NCBI GenBank assembly: GCA_000934665.2
Contig: JYFJ02000538.1
Location: 62,001 to 124,480 of the forward strand
DNA length: 62,480 nucleotides
Direction: 5' to 3'
DNA from: Catajapyx aquilonaris
Lineage: Eukaryota
Shown here piece by piece: positions 13,101 to 24,755 of the stretch (positions are counted from its first letter, which is position 1; each line of letters opens with the position of its first letter). Made by a program: the position numbers and the translations under genes. Below the pieces are notes generated by a model. The model had not been told where the DNA came from. It saw only the letters and a list, made by a program, of their open reading frames with translations, and did no database searches.

Positions 13101-16001
13101 GGGGGAAAGGCCAACAGAGAAGCTAAGCAACTGCAAGTGATAATTACTCTGAATACAACCTCCAAAAATCATGGCCTCACCATTTTTGTAGTTGCTGGGA
13201 TAGTGTTGATCCGGTGACTCTTTTATTTATGCCAGTTGCCCTGCCCAGTGACACGACTCAAAATTAGGGATGCTAAAATGAATGGTCCAGCTAATTGAAA
13301 GCTGTATTCCACTGGTTATAATGTTCTTAGGGCATTTACTAATATCATACGCACTATAATTGCCGATAAAAATTTTATCTTGATGACTTGAGGAAAGATC
13401 AGTGCATCAATTTCACTTTGAGGAACAGATATATTACTCCAGAAATTCAATTACTCCAGTTAACTACAAACTATATTGTGTAACTAGCTGGTGGATGCCA
13501 ACTCAAATATAAATTATTGTCAATTATGTGTAAGCATCAGAGTGGCTGAAAAACTGTGTACCAAGACTTTAATATGGGAATAACTAAAACAACACTAAAG
13601 TTATGAAAATAAGTAGAAACTAATTCCCAAATATTGCTCTTTTTACTTGGACTATAGACTAAGTTAGCTAAAATTTGAAATCGACCACCAACTCTGTGAT
13701 GTGCATCAAAAATTATTTAACTTTGTCTGAAGGCATATTTCAGTTCATCTACTATGATGATTCCTTGTGGATCTCGAAAAATGCTGGCTCACATTTTGGA
13801 CAAAGATTAACTCTGTCTTGCTCTTTACCACAAACATGTGCTAATTAATACTGTACATATGCTTCATATTACATGCCTCTAAGAGTACCTGAACGATATA
13901 TTCAAGGATCACCTTTGTTGTCTTTGATAATATGCAATGTAAGTTGTTCCTGAGAATATGATACCTCAAGTGAAATTGTTTTCCTACCCGATTTTAAGTT
14001 GCGACAAATGGGTTTGAAAACTGCACATTTGCAACTTTTCTTGTTTTCAAATGGCTGGAAAAGGTGCCAAGACCTTCCAGAATTTTGATGTTAATTTTAA
14101 TGGCAATGGTAAATGAGGTCAAATTTTTTGAGTCAAGTTGTTCACTAATGCTCACATTTAATAAATCGATGGTTGTACAGGGATGTTGTAGGCCTAATCA
14201 TACTTTAAATGGCTACTTGAATGATGTCACATCCCTGTGCAAGTATTGATTTTATTGAATGCAAGTTTTAGTGAACAAACTGACGCAAGAATTGGACATC
14301 ATTTAGCTTTGCCATTAAAATTAAAATTTTGGAAGGTTCCTAACGCCTTTTGTAGCCAACCAAAAATCAACAATTCACACCTTTCAAATCCCTTTTTCAC
14401 ACCTCAAGGTGCAGGTTGGGCAAAAATGATTTTCACACTTTAGTCTCCTCTCATTTGAAATAATTTCCACTAAAAATTATCATGTAACACAACACAGATC
14501 CCTCAACAAATCCTTCGTCAACAAGAATACACTTTGAGTACGTTGCTAAACTCAGCTGCTGCAGAGCTACCGCATGCCGCAGCGAAACTAAAGAGTAACA
14601 ATAAAATAACAATAATATGGTTATTTTATTGTTACTCTTTTGTTTCACTGTGCCAGTGGCTGAGCTTAGCAACGTACTCTGACATAATGTCCCCAAATGT
14701 GAGCAAAAAAAAAATCATACTATTTTACAAAAGCAACTGATGGTCATTTGGTCCCATGCTGCAGGTAAGGTTACTTCATCCCTTCAACATAATTATGAAA
14801 CACCCTGTAATTATGTTACTATTTGAGTGATGTTGGGCGCATCAACAGTCACACAGTCCTAATATTAACAAGGACATTAATTTTGAAAATGGCAGTCACT
14901 TTGGAATGCACAAATTCCAAGCAATAAGTCAGGGTCACTGCGCTATCATGTGCTTATAATATCCAATTCCTTCCAATATTACGTGAGAGTTCAACATTGC
15001 ACATGTGCAGTATTCCCCAAACAAAAACTTCAATATTCAAGGAGCAAACAACGCCCAAGTCCTTCCCTCGTCGTCATGTTACACCTTGTTTTACCGAGTC
15101 AGCTAAATCATAAACTACAGCATTCATATCTGGAATGCGAACTACCTGATGAATGCAAGAATGCCTCCCACAGCAGCATCCAAACAGACTTGACATCCTA
15201 ACTATCTCGTAAACACCCAGACGACATCACCAGTGTTGTCATTGCTAAGTGAGATACAAAAACAATGGTTACAAACGTGATGGCACTCCCTGTCCCTCCA
15301 TCCAGAATAGCTGATGCCATTGTGTTATGTGCAACAAGAATTCATCCGACAACTGGGGCTTGAGCCAAACAAAAGCTCCACAATAGTCAAATTTCCTCTA
15401 CACCCTGCAATCCAAGGTACTTTCAAAGCAATATTATTCCAGGCATTTTAACATGCTTTTCTTATGGGAGTGTGTCCACAATAATAATGCGGCCATAGTA
15501 CTTGTCCAGGGAAGCAAGATTGCGCCAGATCCTGGATACAGCAGAAACTTGTCAATGCACAATTTTTATTTGGTTCCAGCCAATGATTTTTAATGTACAT
15601 GTTGGTTACACTTGCTCATTACTGAACATTTGCTCGAAACAGACCGATACCACCACGTTTCAGCATCGGTTTTGCTTTGGGTACACGCTCATGCACTGGC
15701 GCTTAATTATTGGGGTTGTCTAATGTAGCAGCCGAGCAGCACAGGGATCAAATGACCACAGACGCTGCATCCCATCCATACTGCTCTCATATGGAGACAA
15801 CGACTCAAGGTACCGCACCAACTTATTGACTGCACGTTGCTACTTGTCATGGCAGCAGAAGGGCATACGTACGGTGTTGGATGTGGAAACGGAGTTAGCT
15901 TCGGCTGCGGCTGCACAGTTCCCTGAGGACAATTTCCGCTTCTTGCTCGGGGGTGATGTCGGACTGTCGGCCGGCTCTTCACGCACTTCAGCACTTGACA
16001 T
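1194..16001 (-). CDS. UBA1: Ubiquitin-activating enzyme E1 (about 1085 aa with the NLS first exon)
   Basis: Exons 15873-16001, 7191-7772, 6050-6694, 3753-4155, 2925-3457, 2363-2552, 1449-2061 and 1194-1356 are all GT-AG with consistent phases. Motifs: [39 protein letters not shown], catalytic [26 protein letters not shown]-terminal DVEVPYVRY. Confidence 0.98.
4372..4643. mobile_element. Non-autonomous pogo/Tigger-type element resembling mammalian MER2/Tigger3
   Basis: TA|CAGAGGACCCTCCGT ... ACCGAGGGACCTCTA|TA imperfect TIRs with TA target duplication. The internal sequence matches my recollection of the MER2 consensus. Confidence 0.75.
7991..8074. repeat. G/GA-rich simple repeat spanning an N
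   Basis: Poly-G and (GA)n tract containing an ambiguous base. Confidence 0.9.
9599..9745 (-). CDS. UBA1: Putative alternative UBA1 first coding exon (MGSVCS..., 49 aa)
   Basis: gacATGG Kozak context, 49 open codons and a consensus gtgagt donor at phase 0, in frame with the acceptor at 7772 (GAC ATG GCT CAG). Confidence 0.6.
9988..10011 (-). CDS. UBA1: Putative alternative UBA1 first coding exon (MEPCSMET)
   Basis: ATG...ACG|gtaagg donor at phase 0, directly downstream of a CpG-rich, promoter-like region (about 10050-10450). Confidence 0.45.
10697..10822 (+). mobile_element. RTE-clade (BovB-like) retrotransposon/SINE 5' fragment
   Basis: CTTGTCATGGTGGAGGGGGCTTGCGTTACTC...GAGCTACGCCG...GCAGGGCCACCCA...GGACAGGTC resembles the conserved RTE/BovB 5' UTR block (from recall). 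Confidence 0.6.
11038..11165. mobile_element. Short MITE-like inverted repeat
   Basis: GTGTACACCAGTTCCTGGAACC ... GGTTCCAAGAAGTGGTTACAC imperfect terminal inverted repeats with internal GGTTCC repeats. Confidence 0.5.
12845..13022. repeat. About 180-bp fold-back palindrome (MITE-like) in UBA1 intron 1
   Basis: The left arm TGCCATCAGGTGCAAGAAGAGCATAACTCAAA...CATGCATGCCCAGCACTAATCCCC pairs with GGGGATTAGTGCAGGGCATGCATG...TTTGAGTTACGGTCTTCTTGCATCTAATGGCA. Confidence 0.85.
14536..14679. repeat. About 145-bp fold-back palindrome (MITE-like)
   Basis: GAGTACGTTGCTAAACTCAGC / GCTGAGCTTAGCAACGTACTC outer arms, with an inner stem AAAGAGTAACAATAAAATAAC / GTTATTTTATTGTTACTCTTT. Confidence 0.85.
15873..16001 (-). 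CDS. UBA1: UBA1 first coding exon A (nuclear, UBA1a-type N-terminus)
   Basis: Encodes [43 protein letters not shown], followed by a phase-0 gtacgt donor. SPPSKKRK matches the UBA1a NLS. A polypyrimidine-AG acceptor lies at 16020. Too short for the ORF track. Confidence 0.9.
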
Positions 16002-16019
16002 CTACTCGGAAACAAAGAC

Positions 16020-16560
16020 CTTGAGGAAAAAAAAAGGAACACGAATTGATCTTGTTCGACTGTTCTAAACTTCGGCAGCAGCGGATCTCCCGAGACCGTC
16101 GTCTTCTCGCCACCAAAAAACTGCTGTCCGTCGGAATACTGGGATGAAAGGCAGGGGTGTGCGTGGGGGCGTCCGGCGATGCCCGTAGCAGCTGTCTGCT
16201 GTACCGGTGCACGCGGTAAAGAGGGAGAGTCGCCCTGCAGTTGCGTAGCTCGAACGAAGTGTCTCCGTCCGAGTCTCGCCGGCAACCCAAAATGGCGTCT
16301 CACTTCACTGTTCCAAACTCAGACTCGCCCCTGCTCGCCCATTGGTCGGAAGGGCTCCTCATGATGAGGAGGGGAGGGGTGGGGAGGGGAGGCGAGAGAG
16401 GGAGAGAGGGGTGGGGGAGGGGGGGGGAAATGCNAGGCGAGAGAGGGAGAGAGGGGTGGGGGAGGGGGGGGGAAATGCGCAATGCATCATGGGAAAAGTT
16501 GAACAAGTGACAGATGGAATGCGATATGCGCATGCGCGATTGGAGTGAAGCCAGCCCGCG
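16020..16560 (-). promoter_or_regulatory. UBA1 distal promoter / 5' UTR region
   Basis: CpG-rich stretch upstream of the NLS exon with a YY1-like CAAAATGGCG (about 16288-16297), CCAAT boxes (ATTGG on + at about 16341 and 16539) and a G-rich tract. Confidence 0.5.
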
Positions 16561-16598
16561 CATTTTCAATGTTTTCAATTTCAGTTTGACAACTTCAG

Positions 16599-16891
16599 TA
16601 GGGGTAAGGTAACTCATGCGTTTGGGGAGGTGGCTTGTGTCCTTGGCAACTATAATTAGCCACGCCTCCTGTACCAGTCGACCAATCAGGATTCGATTTC
16701 AAAGGAGATGGGCGCTATGTTCTAAAACCTCAAAATGCGATGAGTTTGTTTACACTTACACAATTATTGGTAACTAAGCAGGGGAGAAATATTTCCCCAC
16801 CATTCGTTGAACTCTGCAGGGGGCTGGGCTAATTATATGGTTGCCAAGGACACAAGCCACCTCCCAAAAAGCATGAGTTATCTTAACCCTA
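16599..16891. mobile_element. MITE with about 70-bp TIRs upstream of the UBA1 promoter
   Basis: TAGGGGTAAGGTAACTCATGC...GAGGTGGCTTGTGTCCTTGGCAAC versus GTTGCCAAGGACACAAGCCACCTC...GCATGAGTTATCTTAACCCTA. Flanks CAACTTCAG / CAACTACTG may be a decayed 9-bp TSD (Mutator-like). Confidence 0.8.
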
Positions 16892-17732
16892 CAACTACTG
16901 TACTTCAGGCAATATTAGTGATAATTAAAATGACCAACGATCATTCATTTGACCACACCATTAACAAGAATATATTACTGTGGAACCTCGTACTTCGAAC
17001 GACCCTAATTTCAAACATTCCATCTTGTTCAATCACTAAATTAGGATACGGAGTTTGAACGAGGCTTCTAATTTCAACCTGTGCACGCAGTGACAAAAAA
17101 ATGCACTCATTGCGTATGTAAACATCTCTTGCGTGCACATAGCACTAGCTGTGAAAGCATCTCTTGTGTTAGGCTAGTGTGTTGTCAGTCTTCTTTTTCG
17201 CTTTATTGACATTATTAACATAGAGTAGAACTCCGATATTATCAGACTCATCAGTTAGGGTCCCAGATCATATGAATTCACTTTCCATTATAACCTAATG
17301 AGGAAAATTGATTCAGAAATAAAACAATTCAGAATTCAAATGGCCTGGAATAAATTAAGTTCGAAGCACCAGGTCCCATTGTAGATATTTAACCAATTCA
17401 TCATTGTCATTAATTTACCAAACCATTAACATGAACAATCAGGAGATGAGACCCGGAATTAGCTGAAAAAATGTACCTTCCAAATTATATGTCCAGAATT
17501 CCCCACGCAGTTGTATGAGAATGAACATAACAAGTAAAGGGACACCAGCTATTTATTTCGGTGATAAATAATTATGAAGCACTCCAAAAAAACAAAATAA
17601 TGACTTCATTATTCATCCATGGGGGTAGTAAATTTCAATGTAGTCATTAGCACATCCACAGACTTGCCTTTAATAGCAATGAAAAAAGAAAATTCTGCAA
17701 ATACAGATATTGTTAACATAAATTCCACCCCC

Positions 17733-20700
17733 TCAGGCCACGTGCTCTGGATTCTTTCTGAGAATGACGAAACCCTCCATGATTGGAGAAAGTGGTATAT
17801 ATTCCTCGGTTGCCAACTCAGCTCTTTCACCGTATGCCAGCAGCACAGGGGTTGTGTATGTCTGGAACCCGGTAATGGTCTTTGGCTTCCCTGCTTGCCC
17901 AACCACATCCACAGCCTGAAAAGGCAGGTAACATTGGCAGAACAACACTGCAATACGTTCATGAACCCATACTGTACTCACCTGTCCAACACGAACAGAC
18001 ACTGGTTGCGGTGTCAGATTCTCATCAAAGGTGACAAGCATGCGGGGTTGCATGGCTGCTGCCAACATGTAGAGTAGATAATGAGATCGACCCAGAATAA
18101 CTGGAAGAAGACGAAGAACATATTATGCAGGTTGCCGTGAGTAAAAATTACACCTACTGCATGAAATTGACAACAATTATTCCTTTGTGATTCAAAACTA
18201 CACCAAACCACTAATTCTGCTTACTGTTTTTGACATCAAGAAAGGCGACGAGAGTGGCTAGCAACCCTGCAACAGCCACAGGTGACATTAGTTGACGATC
18301 AGAGTGGAAGGGGCAGAGGGTAAGCGTCCCTTTTCCCAGATGGGTAAGCCCTTGGGCTACTCGGACAAGGAAAAGATTGTTGGCATCCTTAGCATGATAC
18401 TGGGCCAACTGTCGGAGCATGGCAGCCAGGCGAGCATTGTTAGTGCCAGCAGAAACCAGGCCCATGGCAAATATGGCGTTGTGGGCCACCTCAGGGTCTG
18501 AGTCGTGAGAAAACTTGCTCAGGGCATCTAGAATGTTCAGCTTAGGGTTGGAGACAGACAAGAGTCCCAAAGCAAGTGGGACAGCCCTGCGAATCACAGG
18601 CTCACAGTAGCGGAGCTGCAGAAAAGGGGATTAACTTCAACTTTCTTCTCAAAATAGAGCTGGATTCTGAAAGAATTTCATTGACTTTCTGACTCACCAG
18701 GTGTCCAAATGTCCTGAAGGCCATCTCAGCGCCTATGTCCTCACCCATGGCAATCAAAGCAATCCCCAGCACTGCTATAGCCTGCTGAGAAGACAGGTCT
18801 GGGTTCTCATCAGACTTCTTTTCCTTTTCACCAGCATCCTTCTTGTCCTTCTTGTCCTCCTTCTTCTCATCCTTTGAACAGAAAAACCATGCATACCCCA
18901 ACATCCAATACGTCTTAATAAATTTATATTACCTTCCTATCTTTGTTCCCTTTCTCGGGTGGTTCATAATGTTCACTGCAGATGTGTAGGAGATGTTGCA
19001 CCTTCAAAACATTACCAGTGCCAGCATAGGCGCACACTTCAACCATAGTGCAAGCCATAGATCGGAATGGCTCAGGCACCACTTCCAGGGCAGCCATAAC
19101 AGTCTCGATAGCATCCTGTTTGCCTAGATAGCACAAACCCAACCCAAGAGGCAAGAAACGTGCATAGGTGTCTTTCAAGTCAGCTTCAGATCGTTCCATC
19201 AACATCTGCAGCACAGCAGAGGTAACGCTCCCACGGCAGGAACCAACAGAGATCATTCCACATGCCAGGGAAGCCATCCCCATCACCTCCATGGTGGACT
19301 TGGGATCAGATAAAACTGGAATCAGGAGTTTGAGAAGGTCTTCTCGATCGGATCCAGCATAAGCCAGTCCCAAGCCAACTATTGATCCAATTCGCATTGT
19401 GTTGGTCTCATGAAGGATGTAATCAGAGAGCAGTGCCTTGGCAGGATCACATTCATTGCGCACCCCACAATTGACAATCCCGCAAGCCAGGAGGGCACCA
19501 GCCTTGATATGATCTTCAGACGAATACAGGTATTTGTCAATCTGAGTCAGACCACCATCCACATCCCACAACAATATCAGACCCAAGGAAGCTGTTGCAC
19601 TCAGCATACCTGAAAATTTGCCACATGTCAGAGTCAATTTCAGGGTTGGATCACACATGGAGAAAATTTTCGTTCAACCTCTGCTACGCTAATAAACCAC
19701 ATAACTGCATTTTGCAGGACGAGTGGGTGTAATTTTCGTGCTAGTTACTGCTAAGTTAGCAGTAACTAGCAGTGGGACGAAAGTTCCACCCAGTATTGCT
19801 AAAAATGAAACTGAATCCCAGCAGCAACTAAATCAGCCTGACTGCTATTATTGCTACTGCTGGTACTGGTGTATCAGGCTGACCAATAAAATCAGTTACC
19901 GTGTTCTTTGTTTTTGTAGAGCCACTTGTTCCCATCTTCCATGAGGAGCTTGTCCTTTCCAAATGCAGCGTTGACAAATCCATTGACAAAGCTGGCGGCA
20001 AGATTCTGGCGAGCTGAATCCACCTGCCCCCCTCCAAATGCAGGGCGTGTGTTTTCCAGATGGGATTTGTACACATCTTCTGGAGTCTTTGGCTCCATTA
20101 TGTCCAACTGCACAACATAAAAATATTAATCACTAAGATGCAATCCAAATCAACTGTTATGACTCATAACACTGATAGATGACATTTTGAAAGCACCGAA
20201 AAATATCAGCCAAGTTGAAAGTACAAGGGCGATTTAAATACATTACCAAACTCCCCTGGGTTTACACCCCCTCCCAGTTAGCGAGTTATTTCTCCGTAAC
20301 TCGTACAAAACGTATGGATCAGTGAGAACCTCAGCGTAAAAACGCGCGTTAACATGTAAGAAATGAAACACAAGTGCCAATAGTTTGATTAGGTTCATAA
20401 AAGTCCAAGGGGAAACCACTCCTCCCGAGAGTCCAGAAGAAACGGCGCTACCAATGGGCACGGAACCATCTGAGCTGGACATTCAATGACAGGAAGGTGA
20501 TTTGGTCTGGCGAATAACCATTTGACGTGCTGTATAGAAACATCAGTCGCAGAGTAATTCGGCAGAAGGGTGAAGGACTCCGCAATGACTTGCGAACTGG
20601 GGGGTGGTTTCCCCTTTGACTTGTACGACGTAAACCCATGTCCTTCAGCCTCTGCATGGTTATTTTTGCCGAAAATACACGCCCCAGGCATTCCTGCCAG

Positions 20701-23368
20701 AATGCTGCAGCCTCAGCAAAAGTCCCTGGTCTGTTTTTCCTGACAATCCCGCACAGCATATGGTCTTCTCATGCTGTTGTCGACTCTAGTGGCCCCGAAC
20801 TTTTCTTCCGCTCTGGTGGTGTAATCCTGCTTTAGGAACATGCATACTGTAGACTCATGAACCAAACAGTTCCCGGCCTGTCTGCCAAAGAGGAACACCA
20901 TCCAGAAGCTTTTTGATGATCTCCCTTAGTGCAACAGGCAACCCTCTTCTCATTATGTTTCTTCGCTGTGATGAGTTGTGGGTGGTGGTTTCTCCTGCCT
21001 CTTGTAGCTAAGATGGGCTCAGAATCATGGGAGTTACATTTGCTTACAACGACAAATGGACACACAGCACTGATACCATGTGACGGGTGTGTGCGTGTAA
21101 TATCACTTCCCTTGTGTATTGGGTGGCCTATCATATTCGTGTATGAACCGAATCAAACCATTGGCACATGTGTTCCATTTCTTACATGTTAATCCATGTT
21201 TTTACACAGACGTTATCACTGACCCGTACGGTTCGTACGAGTTACACCGCAAAAACTCGCGAACTGGGGATGCGCGTGTACCCAGAGATTTGGGTAAGGT
21301 AAATGCATTTCGACATGATTCCTAATTAATTCAGGATTTGCAAGAAACATAAGTCTTTGGATGACTCTCATAAATCCTGCACCATCTGCAGTTGCTTAAG
21401 TAACTATAATTATAATAATTAGCAGGTACACTGACCTCTCGACCCAAGTTCAAGAAGTGCTGGTTCAGCTGAGTATTGGACATGATCTCCTTCAGGTCCT
21501 CACTGTCATCCTCACCATCAGCCAACTGCAGCACAATCTGTTGCCTGCCCAGCATAAATGCAAGCTGCTTCTGCATCAACCTGAAGTACAAAAGAAAGTC
21601 ACAATAACGATATCCCCATGCAACAACGTGAATAATTTTTCATGAGAACCAAACATTCAAAATACACACATGTCAGTGCAACTTCCAAATATTTCATGGA
21701 TGGTCTTAGGATTGTTGAGATGCAGGGCCAATCTTAGAGCCTGTGGGTGCTGCCCAAATCTCACAAAAATGCTGAGGGCAGTCTTCAGCAGAGTGGTGTT
21801 TTCTGGGTCGGGCACATATGGCACGCAACTAGTGAGATACAGACAGACCCGCTGGTAAGCACTCTCATCCACGTAACGCTCCAGCAGGTCCAAGCGCTCA
21901 ATCTCCATCAGCAGGTCACAAGCCTCAGCCTCTGCATTGTGGGCCATGTTGTGTGGAACAATCTCTTGGGCTAGCTTGACCAGCCGCTCCCTGGCTTCGG
22001 TGTTGGAAGAATCAGTCTCTGCCCATTCCTGTGCTGCTTCACCTGCCAGGTGGCGGACATATTCATGTCCCCAGTCTCCAACTTCCCCCAGCTGACCCAA
22101 GAGGCGGTACTTGAGGCATTCACGGGCCTCAGACATGGTCATGGCCAAGACAGAAATAATATCTGCGCAGTATTTCTTTGTGGGAATGTCGGTTATACGT
22201 TCATAGCAGGCCTTAATGGTGTCATAATGAGGGCGAAGAAATTTCAAAGGTTTGGGCACGGAGGTCATAGATGTGGTGGAGGCACGAATCTGATTGCGGA
22301 GTGCCTCTAGGGTGGCCATGTACAGACTTGTGTCATCCTCCTGGTGGGAGAGACAAATAAATTATGACATTTGCGCTTTAACAATTTTTACACACATACA
22401 ATTTTTGTCTGTAATGCTTTGTAATTTTTCACATGCAGCAAACTCATAACAATTCAGAAGAAAGCATTGTAGAGAAAAATGTGGACAATTTTACAGACAT
22501 AATCTCCTTTACTGTCAGAACCATTTGGGTGCAATGAAACATGCACTGTACTCCCGATATTACCAGTGCTAATTAATGCGAGTGTGTGCCCGGATGATAG
22601 GAAAACATGGATAATACGAAAGTGGTCCTAGATACTGTAAAAATGAGCTATTCACAGGTTTTTAAACAGACAACTGTACATATTGTATGCTGATTTAAAT
22701 AAGGTTTAATCAAAATAACAAAACACGCCCTAGATTTTTAATTCGTCTTCCGGAAAAAGTCTGCTTTGTATTTCTTTGTTTGAGACATATTGGCATTTTT
22801 CGCACTTTTTCCCCGAATGCATGGATAATCCACACGGGATAATCGGGTGTACTGTGTAATACAAATTTAGATGCTTTGTGATGATACTACTGATTGAAAC
22901 TATTCACTCCAATTTCTGCTGACTCAGACTGGCCCTCCCTACACAGAACATGCCCATTATGGCCTGCATATTCAAATGCAACTTAACCGAGGTTCATGTG
23001 CACCAAACTTTAATCACATGGCCATTGCAGTGACTTAATTGTAATTAATTCCATCCCTGATCAATACTCACCGAGAGTCTCTCCACAAGCATTTTGAGCT
23101 CATCCTGCAGCTGCTTGTCCTCTTCGGACTGCAGAAGATAAAAGAGACACGTTTAGGCTTATTGTATACCGATGCATGTGGCAGGCCATCGACACTTTGT
23201 CACACACTTTGATTCCTTTCATAGCTTTAAAACTTAACATGCCAATTCCACCAGAGATATTCTGCTCACCAGTTCGGCCTCCTTCTCCTCCTCATTCTTC
23301 TTGTCCTTCTTGTCCTTCTTCTCCTTGGGAGCCGTTGACTCAGCCTTATTCTTCCCGTCCGCCATCAT
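17733..23368 (-). CDS. PSMD2: 26S proteasome non-ATPase regulatory subunit 2 (Rpn1), about 929 aa
   Basis: Exons 23270-23368, 23072-23128, 21670-22340, 21436-21580, 19900-20107, 18933-19609, 18698-18871, 18225-18615 and 17733-18100. Motifs: [75 protein letters not shown]. In the last exon, a 48-nt gtgagt...ttcag segment (about 17933-17980) interrupts VGQ|AVD and is probably an additional short intron, which would give about 913 aa. Confidence 0.97.
19723..19793. repeat. About 70-bp hairpin / mini-MITE in a PSMD2 intron
   Basis: Perfect 16-bp inverted repeat TGCTAGTTACTGCTAA-G-TTAGCAGTAACTAGCA, flanked by TGGGTGTAATTTTCGT / ACGAAAGTTCCACCCA. Confidence 0.8.
20241..21299 (-). mobile_element. 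Internally deleted Tc1-family transposon in a PSMD2 intron
   Basis: TA|CATTACC ... GGTAAGG|TA ends with about 160-bp imperfect TIRs (20241-20400 vs 21140-21299). The minus strand reads [59 protein letters not shown], the Tc1 GRPR-linker/second HTH. No DDE domain is recognisable. Confidence 0.85.
22544..22856. mobile_element. Tigger/pogo-like MITE, copy 1
   Basis: CACTGTACTCCCGAT ... GGATAATCGGGTGTACTGTG termini. Co-linear with the copy at 45931-46247. Confidence 0.8.
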
Positions 23369-23932
23369 GCAATGTAGAGGTTGCCGGAGAAATTTTCTTT
23401 TTCTTTTTTTTCTTCTCCGAACAAAATGCTTGGGACCCGTTCGGTTCGCTGTATGGAACAGTGCGAAGTGACTATTGAAATTTTGATTTTCACCGTGACG
23501 CATCATTTTATAATAGCCCACTGCTTGTGACTCATACTTAGATATACATGAGTTTTGATGATTATAATAGACTTAATGGAGTAAAATATAAACTGTTAAT
23601 TGACTGCTCCCTGGTGAGCATTTACGGTAGTTACGTGCGGGCTTTACAAATAATCCTATGATGCTTGAAAAATGCTTGAAAATACCATTTCAGCATGCGG
23701 GATTCCACAACCTATTTGACTGTAAAATAAAAGTATGATGGGCTTACACTGCTGCAGCTAACAAATATGCAGTGAATCAATGCTGATTAAGGTATAGAAA
23801 TCATTTGTCAAAAATGAGGTGTATATATGATCATCCAGCAGCAAACATTTGGGACAATGGCAATTCACTGAAGATGTTCACCAGCTATTCATTGAATATT
23901 CATGCATAACCGGGGAAGCCAGACATGTTTGA

Positions 23933-24222
23933 CCCTGGAACAGTGATGTGGAGTATTTTAGGACTCCAAAGGAATTAAAATGCATTAAAATGATAATTAC
24001 AATGAACATTTGCCATTTTTTAAAAGTACATGACAAGAAGTGCATGTTTATGTTGAATTAGCGATCATTTTAAGCATTGTTCAAGCTTCAAGGAATGATT
24101 GCACATAGTCAATACATTGAAAAGTATTATATAAAAATTAATAAAAATTAAAATATGGATGGGGTCCTAAAAGACCCCATGTCATGGTTGCCACAACTTC
24201 CAGGCATGTCACGGTTCCAGGG
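23933..24222. mobile_element. piggyBac-like MITE upstream of PSMD2
   Basis: TTGA|CCCTGGAACAGTG ... CACGGTTCCAGGG|TTAA, with subterminal inverted repeats (GGAGTATTTTAGGACTCC / GGGGTCCTAAAAGACCCC). Confidence 0.7.
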
Positions 24223-24755
24223 TTAACGTGGCACTGATTGTTGTTATCCCAATAATTGGTTGTTAATTTTTACACTTATTGCTGGACTAGTTATAGCCAA
24301 TACTAACTTCTTCCCTTGCATTAGGGACTTGTCGGTGGACCACACTGCACTGCACTGCACAGAAAGGTAGCCTATAACTTACAAGTCATATCAATTGCCT
24401 TTATTGCATTTCACTCTGACAATAGTATGCTCACAGCCTATACTTGTTGCAGAAAATGTCACTTTAGTTACCCATATTTTGTTTTGTCATCAGTCATGAA
24501 TCCTGTTACCCTTCACCTAACTTGGAACTATTCCCCACATTACCGGGGCATTCCATCACCTTGTGTAAGGCATGCTTGTTCCAGTTCTGAACCATGGAAA
24601 TTCAATGATTCCTTACGGAAGACAATACCGTATAAAACCACCATGAGGCTCATGTTCCAAGACTCACCTAACGCACTGTGCACATGATAATATATTGCAG
24701 AGATCAATACTTCTTTTTGACCTCCTCAGGATTTCTGCCCATGGTGAGTACATGA

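Noticed and set aside
15707..16303. 198-aa minus-strand ORF from the track
   Set aside because: It is an alternative frame over the GC-rich UBA1 5' region. The real coding signal is the 43-codon NLS exon in another frame.
16388..16478. Tandem duplication of about 45 bp of G-rich sequence upstream of UBA1
   Set aside because: The two copies flank a single N, so this is most likely a contig-join artefact.
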